DNA of 34,059 nucleotides from the IMG/VR virus record IMGVR_UViG_3300028888_000086; one strand, given 5' to 3'. Source of the stretch: a virus (Duplodnaviria > Heunggongvirae > Uroviricota > Caudoviricetes). The notes beneath the pieces are model-generated. The model was not told the origin of the DNA. It searched no databases and saw nothing but the letters and a program-made list of their open reading frames with translations. This document shows positions 1-9,032 of the stretch, piece after piece. A program made the translations under genes and the position numbers. Each line of letters begins with the position of its first letter. Position 1 is the first letter of the stretch.

Positions 1-1
1 A

Positions 2-316
2 AGAGAACATTTAGATTTAGTTCCTATGCTTAAAAAAGGTAATGATGATATTGAATACTTTTCATGTTCATCTGGAGAAAAAACCTTTATAGACTTACAC
101 TTATTGGATAAATTGATTTCTACTGCTGGAATTTTAGTACTGGATGAGACACTTAAGAACCTAGATGTAAATCGTATGAGTGAGGCGTTAGAATTAATTA
201 GTTGTTTGAAAGTAAATCTATTAATACTAACATCTCATTCTGAAAGTGTTAATGGATTCTATAACAAAACAATAAATCTTTCTATAAATGAACAAGGATT
301 AACAGAAATAAATTAA
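2..316 (+). CDS. C-terminal part of SbcC/Rad50/gp46-like ABC ATPase (recombination nuclease subunit), 5'-truncated by window edge
   Basis: Frame is open from base 2 (REHLDLVPM...). ABC signature variant SSGEK, Walker B ILVLDE followed by LKNLD, and H-loop LTSH. Confidence 0.75.
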   Translation, partial: REHLDLVPMLKKGNDDIEYFSCSSGEKTFIDLHLLDKLISTAGILVLDETLKNLDVNRMSEALELISCLKVNLLILTSHSESVNGFYNKTINLSINEQGLTEIN

Positions 317-323
317 AAATATT

Positions 324-1319
324 ATGAGTGGAGATGAATTTTTAGAAGAGATTAGAAAAACGACTAAAGAGGAACAAGAAAAATATGAAAAGTATAATAA
401 AGATTTTCTTAGTTCTTGGGCAGATAGAGCTGTTGTTTATAAAAAAGTAAGTAGCTTAGTACAGCCACTTTTTGAAAAGATATTAGATACCGTAGTTGAT
501 TATTGTTTAGAAATCAATAAGAAAGAAAAATCTAATACATTTATGAAAAAGACTATCGATAAAATGGTAGATGTATTAAATGATTACTATGATGATGCTA
601 CTGATAAAATAGAAGAAAAGGAAGAAAATAGTAATTATTTTTACAAAAATAAAGACAGTAATAAAGATGTAGATATTGAAAAAGATCCTAAAAAGTTTTA
701 TTTAAGTGAAGAGTCTATAAATGAAATAAATAAAGGAGATATAAATCTAGATTTTAAAATCCTCAATAAAACAGATATTGATAATTTAGAGGAAGAAACA
801 AAAATATCTAAATTTACTGAAATAACATATGATGAATCTGTATTTGAATATAATATAAATAAATGTATGGATCGATCCTTTATGTATATTTGTATCAGTG
901 GTTCAAATAAAGATGTTTTTAGCTCTGCTGAATTAATATTATATGGTCTACCAAATAATAAACTAAAAATTATTGAACATAAGAAAAAAGATCAAAATAT
1001 TATTGATTTAGAGAATATAATAAGTTATATTTTCCTTGATTCTGATATTTATATAATTCCAGAAGAAAAATCAAGTGATAATATATATTTTGATAAAATA
1101 AAATCTTTAGAACAATGTAAAGAATATTTTAAAAGTCAAGGAAAAGATATTAGTAACTTAGATGAATCAATAAAATATAATAAAGGATGGTCAGATATGT
1201 TTGAAAGATGGAATAAAAGTAAAGAAACACAAGAAGAATCATCCACTATTGATGCTATAAAACAAACAGCTGAAGAAACTGAACAAATAATTAAAGACAA
1301 TGCTAAACCTATATTATAA
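324..1319 (+). CDS. hypothetical protein, acidic/charged, 331 aa
   Basis: Long ORF 8 nt after the upstream stop; no recognisable motif. Confidence 0.8.
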   Translation: MSGDEFLEEIRKTTKEEQEKYEKYNKDFLSSWADRAVVYKKVSSLVQPLFEKILDTVVDYCLEINKKEKSNTFMKKTIDKMVDVLNDYYDDATDKIEEKEENSNYFYKNKDSNKDVDIEKDPKKFYLSEESINEINKGDINLDFKILNKTDIDNLEEETKISKFTEITYDESVFEYNINKCMDRSFMYICISGSNKDVFSSAELILYGLPNNKLKIIEHKKKDQNIIDLENIISYIFLDSDIYIIPEEKSSDNIYFDKIKSLEQCKEYFKSQGKDISNLDESIKYNKGWSDMFERWNKSKETQEESSTIDAIKQTAEETEQIIKDNAKPIL

Positions 1320-1692
1320 ACTGCTTAACTATTCCCAAGTATCTGATTATGATAGTTTTTATAAAGAAGCCTTACCCGAAGTACTTAAAGTGAAGGGTGC
1401 TATTGAGGCCTGTAAGATACTTTACTCTATGTCAAATAATCGTATTATTTTATCTGTAGCTGAAGGAGAAAGAGTATATAAGATTGATCTACTAACATCT
1501 GGAGCAAATAAATCAATTTTTGGTACTTTAATTTATATGCCATTAGATAAAAGATTGGATTTATACGGTTATGATACTAATATTCCACTTATACAGTGGA
1601 AAAATAAAAAAGTAGTATTTAATAACTTAGAGACTTTATTAGAATTAGCAAAGGCTGATAAAATTTTCAGTAATATAATAAATGTACTATAA
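1300..1692 (+). CDS. hypothetical protein
   Basis: 130-aa ORF overlapping the previous stop; followed by a terminator. Confidence 0.75.
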   Translation: MLNLYYKLLNYSQVSDYDSFYKEALPEVLKVKGAIEACKILYSMSNNRIILSVAEGERVYKIDLLTSGANKSIFGTLIYMPLDKRLDLYGYDTNIPLIQWKNKKVVFNNLETLLELAKADKIFSNIINVL

Positions 1693-1699
1693 AAAATAA

Positions 1700-1732
1700 A
1701 AAGAGATAGGGTAAAATCTATCTCTTTCTTTT
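1700..1732 (+). terminator. intrinsic terminator
   Basis: AAAGAGATAG (1700-1709) / CTATCTCTTT (1718-1727) stem followed by a T-rich tract. Confidence 0.75.
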
Positions 1733-1734
1733 CT

Positions 1735-1751
1735 CCAAACTCTTATTTATG
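1735..1751 (+). promoter_or_regulatory. phage promoter motif copy
   Basis: CCAAACTCTTATTTATG immediately before ATG 1754. Confidence 0.6.
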
Positions 1752-1753
1752 AT

Positions 1754-2302
1754 ATGAGTAAAAAATTTTGTAAAGTAGATAAAAAGTGGTGTAAATTCTT
1801 AAAAAGAGGTATTTGTAGTTTTTGTAATACCAAATTAGTATATGTCAATAGATGTCCTCGTCTTAGATTAATAGAAACTACCAGATTACATGAACTTATG
1901 AAAATTGTTAATTTTAGTTCTGTTTTTACTTGTATCTATAATTGGTATGAAAGTCAACGTGGAAATTCAAAATTATACTATTATGTTTTTTACAAATGTT
2001 GTTTAATGAGGCCAAAAAAACATAATCTTACTGATTTATTTATAGATATAAAACTGTTTGAGGATCCTAATATTAAATTTCCAAATGTATCTGGTGTTAA
2101 AATAATAAATAAAGATAATATAAGCTATGGATTAGAATCTTTTAAATGGAATGATTGGGTATCTATGTTTATTACAAAAGAAACATTAGATAATTTTTCT
2201 CCGGAAGAAATAGTTGCAGCCTGTCTCTATGAAATGACTTTTTATGGATTTAATGAAGATGTTATTCAAGAATATTTAATTAAACTAGGTAAAGTAAAAT
2301 AA
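1754..2302 (+). CDS. hypothetical protein with Cys-rich N-terminus and DUF6557-like C-terminus
   Basis: N-terminal CKVDKKWC..GICSFC..RCP. C-terminal EEIVAACLYEMTFYGF resembles DUF6557-type proteins (recognised from memory). Confidence 0.6.
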   Translation: MSKKFCKVDKKWCKFLKRGICSFCNTKLVYVNRCPRLRLIETTRLHELMKIVNFSSVFTCIYNWYESQRGNSKLYYYVFYKCCLMRPKKHNLTDLFIDIKLFEDPNIKFPNVSGVKIINKDNISYGLESFKWNDWVSMFITKETLDNFSPEEIVAACLYEMTFYGFNEDVIQEYLIKLGKVK

Positions 2303-2345
2303 AAAGATAGAAAGGATTAAATCCAATCTATCTTCTCTTTTTTTT
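2301..2345. terminator. bidirectional intrinsic terminator between convergent genes
   Basis: AAGATAGA (2304-2311) / TCTATCTT (2327-2334) with inner GGAT/ATCC, flanked by A and T tracts. Confidence 0.7.
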
Positions 2346-2730
2346 ACATCACTGCTTTTCTTATCTCATTTACCATGATATTCATAACCTTACTCATTTG
2401 TGATTTTATTGCTAAGTTTTTTATAAAATCAAGTTTAGGATTACAGTCAATAGTAAACTTGACCTCTGTTTTTTCTCCTTCTCCTACAGATTTTAACTCG
2501 GCAGTGATTGTAGTTCCTATTTGATTTGAATAGACACAGACTGTATTATTTTTTTCGTCAGCCTTTAAATCTATTCTAATAATTCCTAAAATCGGTACAC
2601 TTGCATTAGCTGCAGTACCAGCTTTATTTAATTTTACATTCTCAATACTTTTTGAGATGTAGTTATTTCCATTTTTCAGAAAATTAAATACCCTATCTAT
2701 TGGGTAATTTACTGTTATTGTTTGTTGCAT
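2344..2730 (-). CDS. hypothetical protein, possible SRPBCC/CoxG-like fold
   Basis: 128 aa. N-terminal ITVNYPIDRVFNFL pattern, beta-rich core and C-terminal helix match SRPBCC architecture; the fold call is tentative. Confidence 0.6.
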   Translation of the reverse strand: MQQTITVNYPIDRVFNFLKNGNNYISKSIENVKLNKAGTAANASVPILGIIRIDLKADEKNNTVCVYSNQIGTTITAELKSVGEGEKTEVKFTIDCNPKLDFIKNLAIKSQMSKVMNIMVNEIRKAVM

Positions 2731-2847
2731 AATAATTTAAATTTAAGTTGTTAATATTTTGAAAAATAAATGTCATCATAGTTTTACCTACAATAACATT
2801 TACTATTTTGTGTTCCGACTTCGTTCCGTAAACTTCACTAGTCTTCA

Positions 2848-2867
2848 CATATATAAGGCTTTTAAGG
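2848..2867 (-). promoter_or_regulatory. phage promoter motif copy
   Basis: CCTTAAAAGCCTTATATATG on the minus strand; 26-nt identity with 18271-18296. Confidence 0.65.
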
Positions 2868-2883
2868 ATTATAAGTTACTGTT

Positions 2884-4391
2884 TTATTGATCTTGGTTGT
2901 CTACATAACCTTGAATCATTTCTCCATCCACTTTACCGGCATCCATTTTCTTGCCTTCTTGTTCGTAAAATTTAACACACTTCAGCTTAAATGCTTCTCT
3001 TAGTGGATCATCATTCTTTCTTAATACTATGCCTTCTCTAGGAACTTTATGATATATACATAAAGGTTCATCTTTTTCCATACCAAATCTCTTATCTACT
3101 TTCATAGCTTCTAATACATTTTCATGCCAATGTTCATCAATAGGAATATTTGGATATAAGTCTTTCAGTGTACCTTCATAAACAATATCAATTACATGTA
3201 TATTTGGAATTAATTCAGGATGTTCTTTTATTAATTTTTCGGTCCAAGTTTTTACATCACTCACATTCCACTCTTTTATACCTTTTTCTTCTATAGTAGT
3301 AATTCTATAAGGCATAAATTTATTTTCACTTTCTAAACACCCATAATCAAATTCAGGAAAATCAGTGTATCCATCAGTATCACCCATTATTTCTCCGTAT
3401 ACTGTCATACCCTCGGGAATATATGGTTCTAATATTTTTGCATATTTTCCCCAAATATTTTCTGTATACTTACTCTTAACTCCTTTTTTCCTAGAGACTT
3501 TTATGTATCTATTCTGTATTACGTTACGGCTAGAATAAATCAAATCATATTTTTCTTCTATCTTTTGCCACTTTTCTGGTAAACTAATACGTATATAATT
3601 AACTATATTATTAAACCAGTTAAATCTTGTATTAATAAGCTTTGGCACTCTACACAAAATATTAGCAAAGATAGCAGAAGTACCATGAATTTTAATACTT
3701 ATATTAACTACATCTTCTGGATTAATCTCTTTTATCTTCCTATTAAGCTGGTCTGTATCAAAATGCTTAAAGAATTGTCCATCTATAATATGATCGATTT
3801 TCTTTACACCCTTTTCTTAGGTTCTTGAGGTCTTTTTCTTGTTTCTGGTACATAGGGGACATAAACTTTGACAAATAACTCATCACATACAGTATCAAAG
3901 TCCTTATCCACATAATCTTCTAAATTGAGATCCTTTAATTCAGGTTTCCAATTTACAAGACTATCTTTATGAAACAAGAATCCGAATGATGGTTGTTTTC
4001 TTAATCTTATACATTTTACTCTTCCGTGTTTATTAAAGAAACCAACTAATTTTTTTGCTTCATCATTTTTACCCTCATCTAATAACTTCTGAACTTTTTC
4101 GTAATTTTTATTTAATGATCTTTCTCCTAGCTCAAACAAATTATTACAACTTAAGAAATTTTTATTCAGTTGTGTTTCGTTTGCAGCATATATCATTAAA
4201 TCTCCTTCTTTACATTCATCTTTTCTTACTACTATCTGAAATCCGTTTACTTGTGTTGTAGCTAAGAAATCTGAATTTTCTACTGGTGTAATTTTTCCTA
4301 ATCTAACAACAGTACAACAATATTCGTGTTGTATCTTTTCTGATTCTTTTAAAAATTGTGTCATTATTTTTTTTATTAAATTTAAATTCAT
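2884..4391 (-). CDS. ATP-dependent RNA ligase (DRB0094/Rnl2-like), interrupted by a 1-nt frameshift near 3812-3815
   Basis: N-terminal domain CTVVRLGKITPVENSDFL...KEGDLMIYA. Motif I SIKIHGTS (Lys at 3691-3693) lies between the two called ORFs. TVYGEIMG, REGIVLR and AFKLK lie in the distal ORF. One extra A restores a single 502-aa frame. Confidence 0.8.
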
Positions 4392-4406
4392 ATATAAGAG
4401 TTTGGG
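4389..4406 (-). promoter_or_regulatory. phage promoter motif copy
   Basis: CCCAAACTCTTATATATG; its terminal ATG is the track's start codon, so the true start may be ATG 4364. Confidence 0.6.
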
Positions 4407-4408
4407 TT

Positions 4409-4451
4409 AAAAAAAAACAAAAAGAGTAGACGTTTAATTTATCTACTCTTT
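4409..4451 (-). terminator. intrinsic terminator
   Basis: AAAGAGTAGA (4421-4430) / TCTACTCTTT (4442-4451) plus a long T tract on the minus strand; same stem as 32022-32051. Confidence 0.8.
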
Positions 4452-4457
4452 AAAATT

Positions 4458-5030
4458 TTATCCTCTATAACACCCACAATTTCTATTCTTTTGTCCGCTT
4501 GTAGTACTCCATGCAGAATTAGATCTTATATAGTTACTTCGATCATATTCTTCATCTTCTGGATAAATTCCACTAGTCCAAGATTCATAATCCTTAACTG
4601 TTTGTCCTTTAGGTAAACAAGTACAGCAGTCCCAATTTTGGTCTTCTACAAATAAATCAGCATATTGGAATTTAAGTCTCATACAAAGTGAAGTTAGAGC
4701 ATTTGACCAAGTGAATACAAAAATATCTTGATCATATAATTCATTGCTTGTGTCAATATTTACTTCATAAGCTAAATCTAGTGTGCCTTTATTACAAATT
4801 AATTCAGCTCCATATCTAAATATTCTAAGTATTTCTTCAATTTTAATCTTTATATCGTCTGTACCAAGAATTATAAGTTTATTATTTAAATAGTTTATAA
4901 TTTGTACTTGATATGGAAGCATTTGTGGGAGATTCATATAAAAATCTAATTGAACTAAGCCCAATGAGTCTAATAAATATTTAGAATTTTGTGTATAAAG
5001 GAAAAAACACTCATTATAATCCCAAGTCAT
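4458..5030 (-). CDS. hypothetical protein
   Basis: 190-aa ORF in a tight minus-strand operon; Cys motifs WDCCTC and NCGCY. Confidence 0.8.
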   Translation of the reverse strand: MTWDYNECFFLYTQNSKYLLDSLGLVQLDFYMNLPQMLPYQVQIINYLNNKLIILGTDDIKIKIEEILRIFRYGAELICNKGTLDLAYEVNIDTSNELYDQDIFVFTWSNALTSLCMRLKFQYADLFVEDQNWDCCTCLPKGQTVKDYESWTSGIYPEDEEYDRSNYIRSNSAWSTTSGQKNRNCGCYRG

Positions 5031-5032
5031 AT

Positions 5033-5413
5033 TTATTCTCCTTCATCAATATTATTATTATTTTCATTTGTATCATTAAAAAGGATTCCATTAATGCATA
5101 ACCACCAATTGGGTTTAAGACATATATAGATTAAATTTATCTTATCTACTTCGATATAAAAATCTCCGGGAGTTCCTTTTGAATTTGATGATGCAGGCTT
5201 TTCATCTACTTCTCTTAATACAATTCCATTAAAATCTAAAGATATATTCCCATCAGTTATTGTAGGTTTTATTTGACTATTAGTATCAAAATCAGCAGGA
5301 CTTAAAGATAAATTATATAATGTTTCTAATGCATTTTCTATTTTATTCATATTATTTGCATTAACCGGAGTTTCATTATCTACCCAGGTTGTTTTATCAT
5401 ATCTTATTCTCAT
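5033..5413 (-). CDS. putative virion structural protein (tail/baseplate-associated)
   Basis: N-terminal TTWVDNETPVNANNMNKIENAL resembles a motif typical of phage tail-associated proteins. Confidence 0.55.
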   Translation of the reverse strand: MRIRYDKTTWVDNETPVNANNMNKIENALETLYNLSLSPADFDTNSQIKPTITDGNISLDFNGIVLREVDEKPASSNSKGTPGDFYIEVDKINLIYICLKPNWWLCINGILFNDTNENNNNIDEGE

Positions 5414-5778
5414 TGTATTTCTCCTCCATCAATAAATCCAATATTATCAACCCAATTACTTTCATTAATAAAATCAGATAATTCTAAAGATTCCCCTATA
5501 TAAGAATATTCAACATATTTTCCGCTATTAGAAAGAAATCTAATTTTCATTCCTTTAGATCTTCTAGCTCTTGATACTAATTTAATAGCTTCATCTAAAT
5601 TAAACTTTCTTTCAAAATCATTAATTTCTTGATTTAAATTATATATACCTTTAAGAAGATAATTAACAGCATTAACTAAGCTGTTTATAGTGCTATTCAT
5701 TTTACTTAAATCAGAAGAGGAAAGTTTCTGACCTGATTTAAATATTAATCCTGTTTGTCCTATTAATTCCATAATCAA
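5410..5778 (-). CDS. hypothetical protein, possibly structural
   Basis: GQKLSSSDLSKMNSTINSL resembles the neighbour's 'xxxLNxxE' motif; 4-nt overlaps on both sides (ATG 5772 is an alternative start). Confidence 0.7.
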   Translation of the reverse strand: MIMELIGQTGLIFKSGQKLSSSDLSKMNSTINSLVNAVNYLLKGIYNLNQEINDFERKFNLDEAIKLVSRARRSKGMKIRFLSNSGKYVEYSYIGESLELSDFINESNWVDNIGFIDGGEIQ

Positions 5779-5954
5779 TCTAATATTAAATTATCTAAGT
5801 TACAATCATCCAGCGTAGTTCCTTTTTTAGTTTTTACTGGCTTTTTGGTTGTTTTATTTTTACTTTGTATATCTATTTTACCCATTCTTTTACTAGATTT
5901 TTCTAATCTAGTATAGGATTCTATTTTATTTGGTGAACTAACTTTTCTAATCAT
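5775..5954 (-). CDS. small basic hypothetical protein (59 aa), not in the ORF track
   Basis: Hand translation: MIRKVSSPNKIESYTRLEKSSKRMGKIDIQSKNKTTKKPVKTKKGTTLDDCNLDNLILD*. Fills the operon gap, and its TGA overlaps the next start. Confidence 0.6.
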   Translation of the reverse strand: MIRKVSSPNKIESYTRLEKSSKRMGKIDIQSKNKTTKKPVKTKKGTTLDDCNLDNLILD

Positions 5955-5965
5955 AATCTTTAATT

Positions 5966-6271
5966 TTAATTATTATTACTACATATAAATTCTCCGACGA
6001 TTCTATTAGTTTTTCTTTTTATTCCAACTAATTCTAAATCTCGAAGTGTAAAAAATAATCCAGGCAGTTCTTTTAATCTTACTATTGTTATTATTTTACC
6101 ATCTATAGAAACTCTAAAATAAATATCATCAATAGTAAATGTTTGATTAGAATCTATAGCACAAAAATTACTAGTTGGCATTGATTTTATATTTACACCA
6201 GAACCTATTAAATCTTTATAATCCCAAGTACCTGCTGGATCTTGTTTACATTCACATCTATTATTTTTCAT
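5966..6271 (-). CDS. hypothetical protein
   Basis: 101-aa ORF; ATGA overlap with the RNase H gene. Confidence 0.75.
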   Translation of the reverse strand: MKNNRCECKQDPAGTWDYKDLIGSGVNIKSMPTSNFCAIDSNQTFTIDDIYFRVSIDGKIITIVRLKELPGLFFTLRDLELVGIKRKTNRIVGEFICSNNN

Positions 6272-6744
6272 ATAATTTCTCCTTTAGCTAATTTATCAAC
6301 TATATTATTATAATTGGCATCTTCATCATGTTTTGTGCTATGTCCCTTTACCCAATTAAATGAAATTCTTCCTTTAAGATTTTGATTATTAATTTCATCC
6401 ATTATATCTGATTTTATTTTAGCTATATATGGTTTATTTATTTTCCATTTATTTGTCATCCAATAAGTTACTCCTGTATAATCAGATAAAATTTCTATAG
6501 TATCTTGAGGTCCTATATTATGTTTAAATTCAGATAAAGCAATTAAAACACCTAACATTTCACAAGTTGGATTAGAAACGTCACTAGTACCATAATGGAT
6601 TTTTAAAAAATTTGGTTCAATTTCCATAGAGAGTTTATTTATTATTTTTCCATCTTTAACAATGATTCCCCCTATTCCTAATCTTCCAGAACCGCCCTTA
6701 CTTTTAAAATGAGATCCATCAGTATATATTCTTAATTTGCTCAT
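6268..6744 (-). CDS. rnhA: ribonuclease HI
   Basis: IYTDGS, SNPTCEMLG, ILSDY, WVKGHS and NNIVDKLAK supply the D-E-D-D active site plus His. Confidence 0.92.
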   Translation of the reverse strand: MSKLRIYTDGSHFKSKGGSGRLGIGGIIVKDGKIINKLSMEIEPNFLKIHYGTSDVSNPTCEMLGVLIALSEFKHNIGPQDTIEILSDYTGVTYWMTNKWKINKPYIAKIKSDIMDEINNQNLKGRISFNWVKGHSTKHDEDANYNNIVDKLAKGEII

Positions 6745-7175
6745 ATTTCTATTATTTTATTTGGTGTTCTTATCTCTATACTATCTAATTTTAATTTTTC
6801 ATAAATAGTAGTAAATTCTTTTGTATTAATACTTAAAATATTAGTTAAAGAATTCATAAATAAGTCTTCATCTTTTGTTTCTACTCCTCTTATTAAGTTT
6901 AAAAAATGAAAAATTAATTTATCAATATTATCTTCTTTAATTGATTCTATAATTCTATCTCCTCCCCAAGTATTAAGAGCAGAAAATAAATCAACAAATT
7001 TCCAGGGTATTATTATATGAATTCCATTAGTAAGATAATAAATTATATATGTTTTATTTAGAATTCTTAATATTATATTTTGACTTATTAATATATCTTT
7101 TAATTTTATAATTTCTGTATTATCTTGAACATAATATAGTTCTAAGAATTCATTAAACAATTCTTTAGTATTCAT
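6741..7175 (-). CDS. hypothetical protein
   Basis: 144-aa ORF with 4-nt overlaps. Confidence 0.75.
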   Translation of the reverse strand: MNTKELFNEFLELYYVQDNTEIIKLKDILISQNIILRILNKTYIIYYLTNGIHIIIPWKFVDLFSALNTWGGDRIIESIKEDNIDKLIFHFLNLIRGVETKDEDLFMNSLTNILSINTKEFTTIYEKLKLDSIEIRTPNKIIEI

Positions 7176-7450
7176 AGTGTTGAAAATATATCATTTGTTA
7201 AAGCTATTCCAGATAAACAGATTGTATTTGTATCTTTAAAAATATTATAACCAGATTTATCACATTGATTTTTATAGTTTAATATTTTTAATAATTCTTC
7301 TAAATCATCTTGTATATAAAATGTAATACTTAGAATACTATCATTTAGATCCCAAGCATCGGTAAAAAATACTGAAAATGGATAAATTTCAAATTTTTCT
7401 AGTCCTTTTAAAATTGATTCCTGTATTTCTATTTCTCTAGGTTGTTTCAT
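7172..7450 (-). CDS. hypothetical protein
   Basis: 92-aa ORF overlapping both neighbours. Confidence 0.7.
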   Translation of the reverse strand: MKQPREIEIQESILKGLEKFEIYPFSVFFTDAWDLNDSILSITFYIQDDLEELLKILNYKNQCDKSGYNIFKDTNTICLSGIALTNDIFSTL

Positions 7451-7868
7451 ATTCAGTTATTTTATAATTTAAAATATCTAATTTATTTAAAATATCTGAT
7501 AATATATTTCTATGAGATTCTTTATTATCAGAGCCATAATCTAAAATAACTACACCATCAGCATGACATAATTTAACTAATTGTTCTAGTTTTTTTATTA
7601 TGTTTTGAAAATTTGATTGTTCAGAGAGTTCTATTATATATTTTTTCTCATATTCCTCTCTTGTTATCTTTCTATCTCTTCTATTTTGATATAATTCATC
7701 TGATGGTGCTAAATTTTTAAAATGAATCGCTGTATCTGAATATTTACCTATTATTTTAGAATTTTTAATATTTCTAATTATAAAAATAGGTAATAAATTA
7801 TTTTTTATTATATCAATTAAATTTTTAGGAGAGACATATGAAGTATAAATTTTTAAATTTGATTTCAT
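7437..7868 (-). CDS. DUF488-like protein
   Basis: IYTSY...LAPSDELY...EYEKKYIIEL...VILDYG...HRNIL matches the DUF488 pattern. Confidence 0.7.
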   Translation of the reverse strand: MKSNLKIYTSYVSPKNLIDIIKNNLLPIFIIRNIKNSKIIGKYSDTAIHFKNLAPSDELYQNRRDRKITREEYEKKYIIELSEQSNFQNIIKKLEQLVKLCHADGVVILDYGSDNKESHRNILSDILNKLDILNYKITEYETT

Positions 7869-8287
7869 TTATTTCCAAATTTTTTATTTGAGCTATTAAA
7901 TGAGGATTTTGAAAATGTTCCTGTACTTTTATTATATTTTTTCTTATATTCTTTAAAATCCCCCTTTTGATTATTATTATTGTTATTATTTTGTATTCCG
8001 AATCTTTGAGAACTAATCATAAAACCCGATGGAGCAGTATTTAATCGCTTTAAAAGAGATACATTAGAACTTACCATAGCTATAAAAGTCGCAGAATCTA
8101 TATGATAATTAATTTCAGCAGTATTTAATATATCAGCTCCTTGAATTAATCCATTTAATTTCAAAAATTCATCAAATTTTATAAATAATTCACCTAAACT
8201 TGTAGTAATTAATAATGTATCTGTTGTTGGTTCATATAAATTAAATTCTTCTTTTTCTTTATCAAACCCTATTACGACATCTATCAT
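7865..8287 (-). CDS. hypothetical protein with Asn-rich tail
   Basis: 140-aa ORF with an N7 run near the C-terminus. Confidence 0.75.
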   Translation of the reverse strand: MIDVVIGFDKEKEEFNLYEPTTDTLLITTSLGELFIKFDEFLKLNGLIQGADILNTAEINYHIDSATFIAMVSSNVSLLKRLNTAPSGFMISSQRFGIQNNNNNNNQKGDFKEYKKKYNKSTGTFSKSSFNSSNKKFGNK

Positions 8288-8970
8288 TTCTTAAATATTA
8301 TATAACTAGTTAATAAGGATGTTACTATTGCTCCTCCTATAATCCAATAAGTTTTTTCTTGTCTTTCTTTTTCTAAAGCTACTTCAAGATTATTTTTCAT
8401 TATATTATAAGCCTGTTCTTGATTTTCTATAATAGCATCTTTATTATAAAGTATTTCGTTCTTTAATGAAATTGTTATAGAATCATTATAAACTATTTCA
8501 TTAAGTATATTATTTTTATTTAACTCTCCTTCATATTTTGTTACTATTATATTTGCATCAATTATATTATTTTTTGATAAAACAGCTACGGTATCTTGAT
8601 CTATTTCTACTAAAGAGGGATGTGGATCATCAAGAGTAGATAATTCTCCATAATAAAGTAAGTTATCTTTTAGTAATTCTATGTTTTCTGTTATAGGAAG
8701 TTCTTTTATTTTTTCAACTTCTTTTATAACAACTTTTTCAACTATAATTATACTATCTTTTAATTGTTGTATAAGTTTATCTTGTATATTAATTACAGTA
8801 GTTAAAGAATCAATAGTTTCTAATTCTTTTTTGTTATCCACTATAATAGTTGTAGGTCTATTCATAATTTCTTTTATTTTATTTATTGAATAAGAAATTA
8901 TAAATACACTAGCTAATACAAAAAAGACTATACTAAATATTTTTAATAATTTTTTCTTTGAATCTGTCAT
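8284..8970 (-). CDS. membrane-anchored coiled-coil protein with N- and C-terminal hydrophobic helices
   Basis: TM1 IFSIVFFVLASVFIISYSI, heptad-rich middle, TM2 YWIIGGAIVTSLLTSYIIF. Confidence 0.75.
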   Translation of the reverse strand: MTDSKKKLLKIFSIVFFVLASVFIISYSINKIKEIMNRPTTIIVDNKKELETIDSLTTVINIQDKLIQQLKDSIIIVEKVVIKEVEKIKELPITENIELLKDNLLYYGELSTLDDPHPSLVEIDQDTVAVLSKNNIIDANIIVTKYEGELNKNNILNEIVYNDSITISLKNEILYNKDAIIENQEQAYNIMKNNLEVALEKERQEKTYWIIGGAIVTSLLTSYIIFKK

Positions 8971-9032
8971 AATAAATAAAATTAAAATAGAAAGAGATAA
9001 ACTATTTTACTAGTCATCTCCCTCTAATCGGT

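Noticed and set aside
3804-3820. Canonical programmed -1 ribosomal frameshift in the RNA ligase
   Set aside because: The window AAG-AAA-AGG-GTG has no in-frame X-XXY-YYZ slippery heptamer and I see no clear downstream stimulator; an indel in the A run is simpler.
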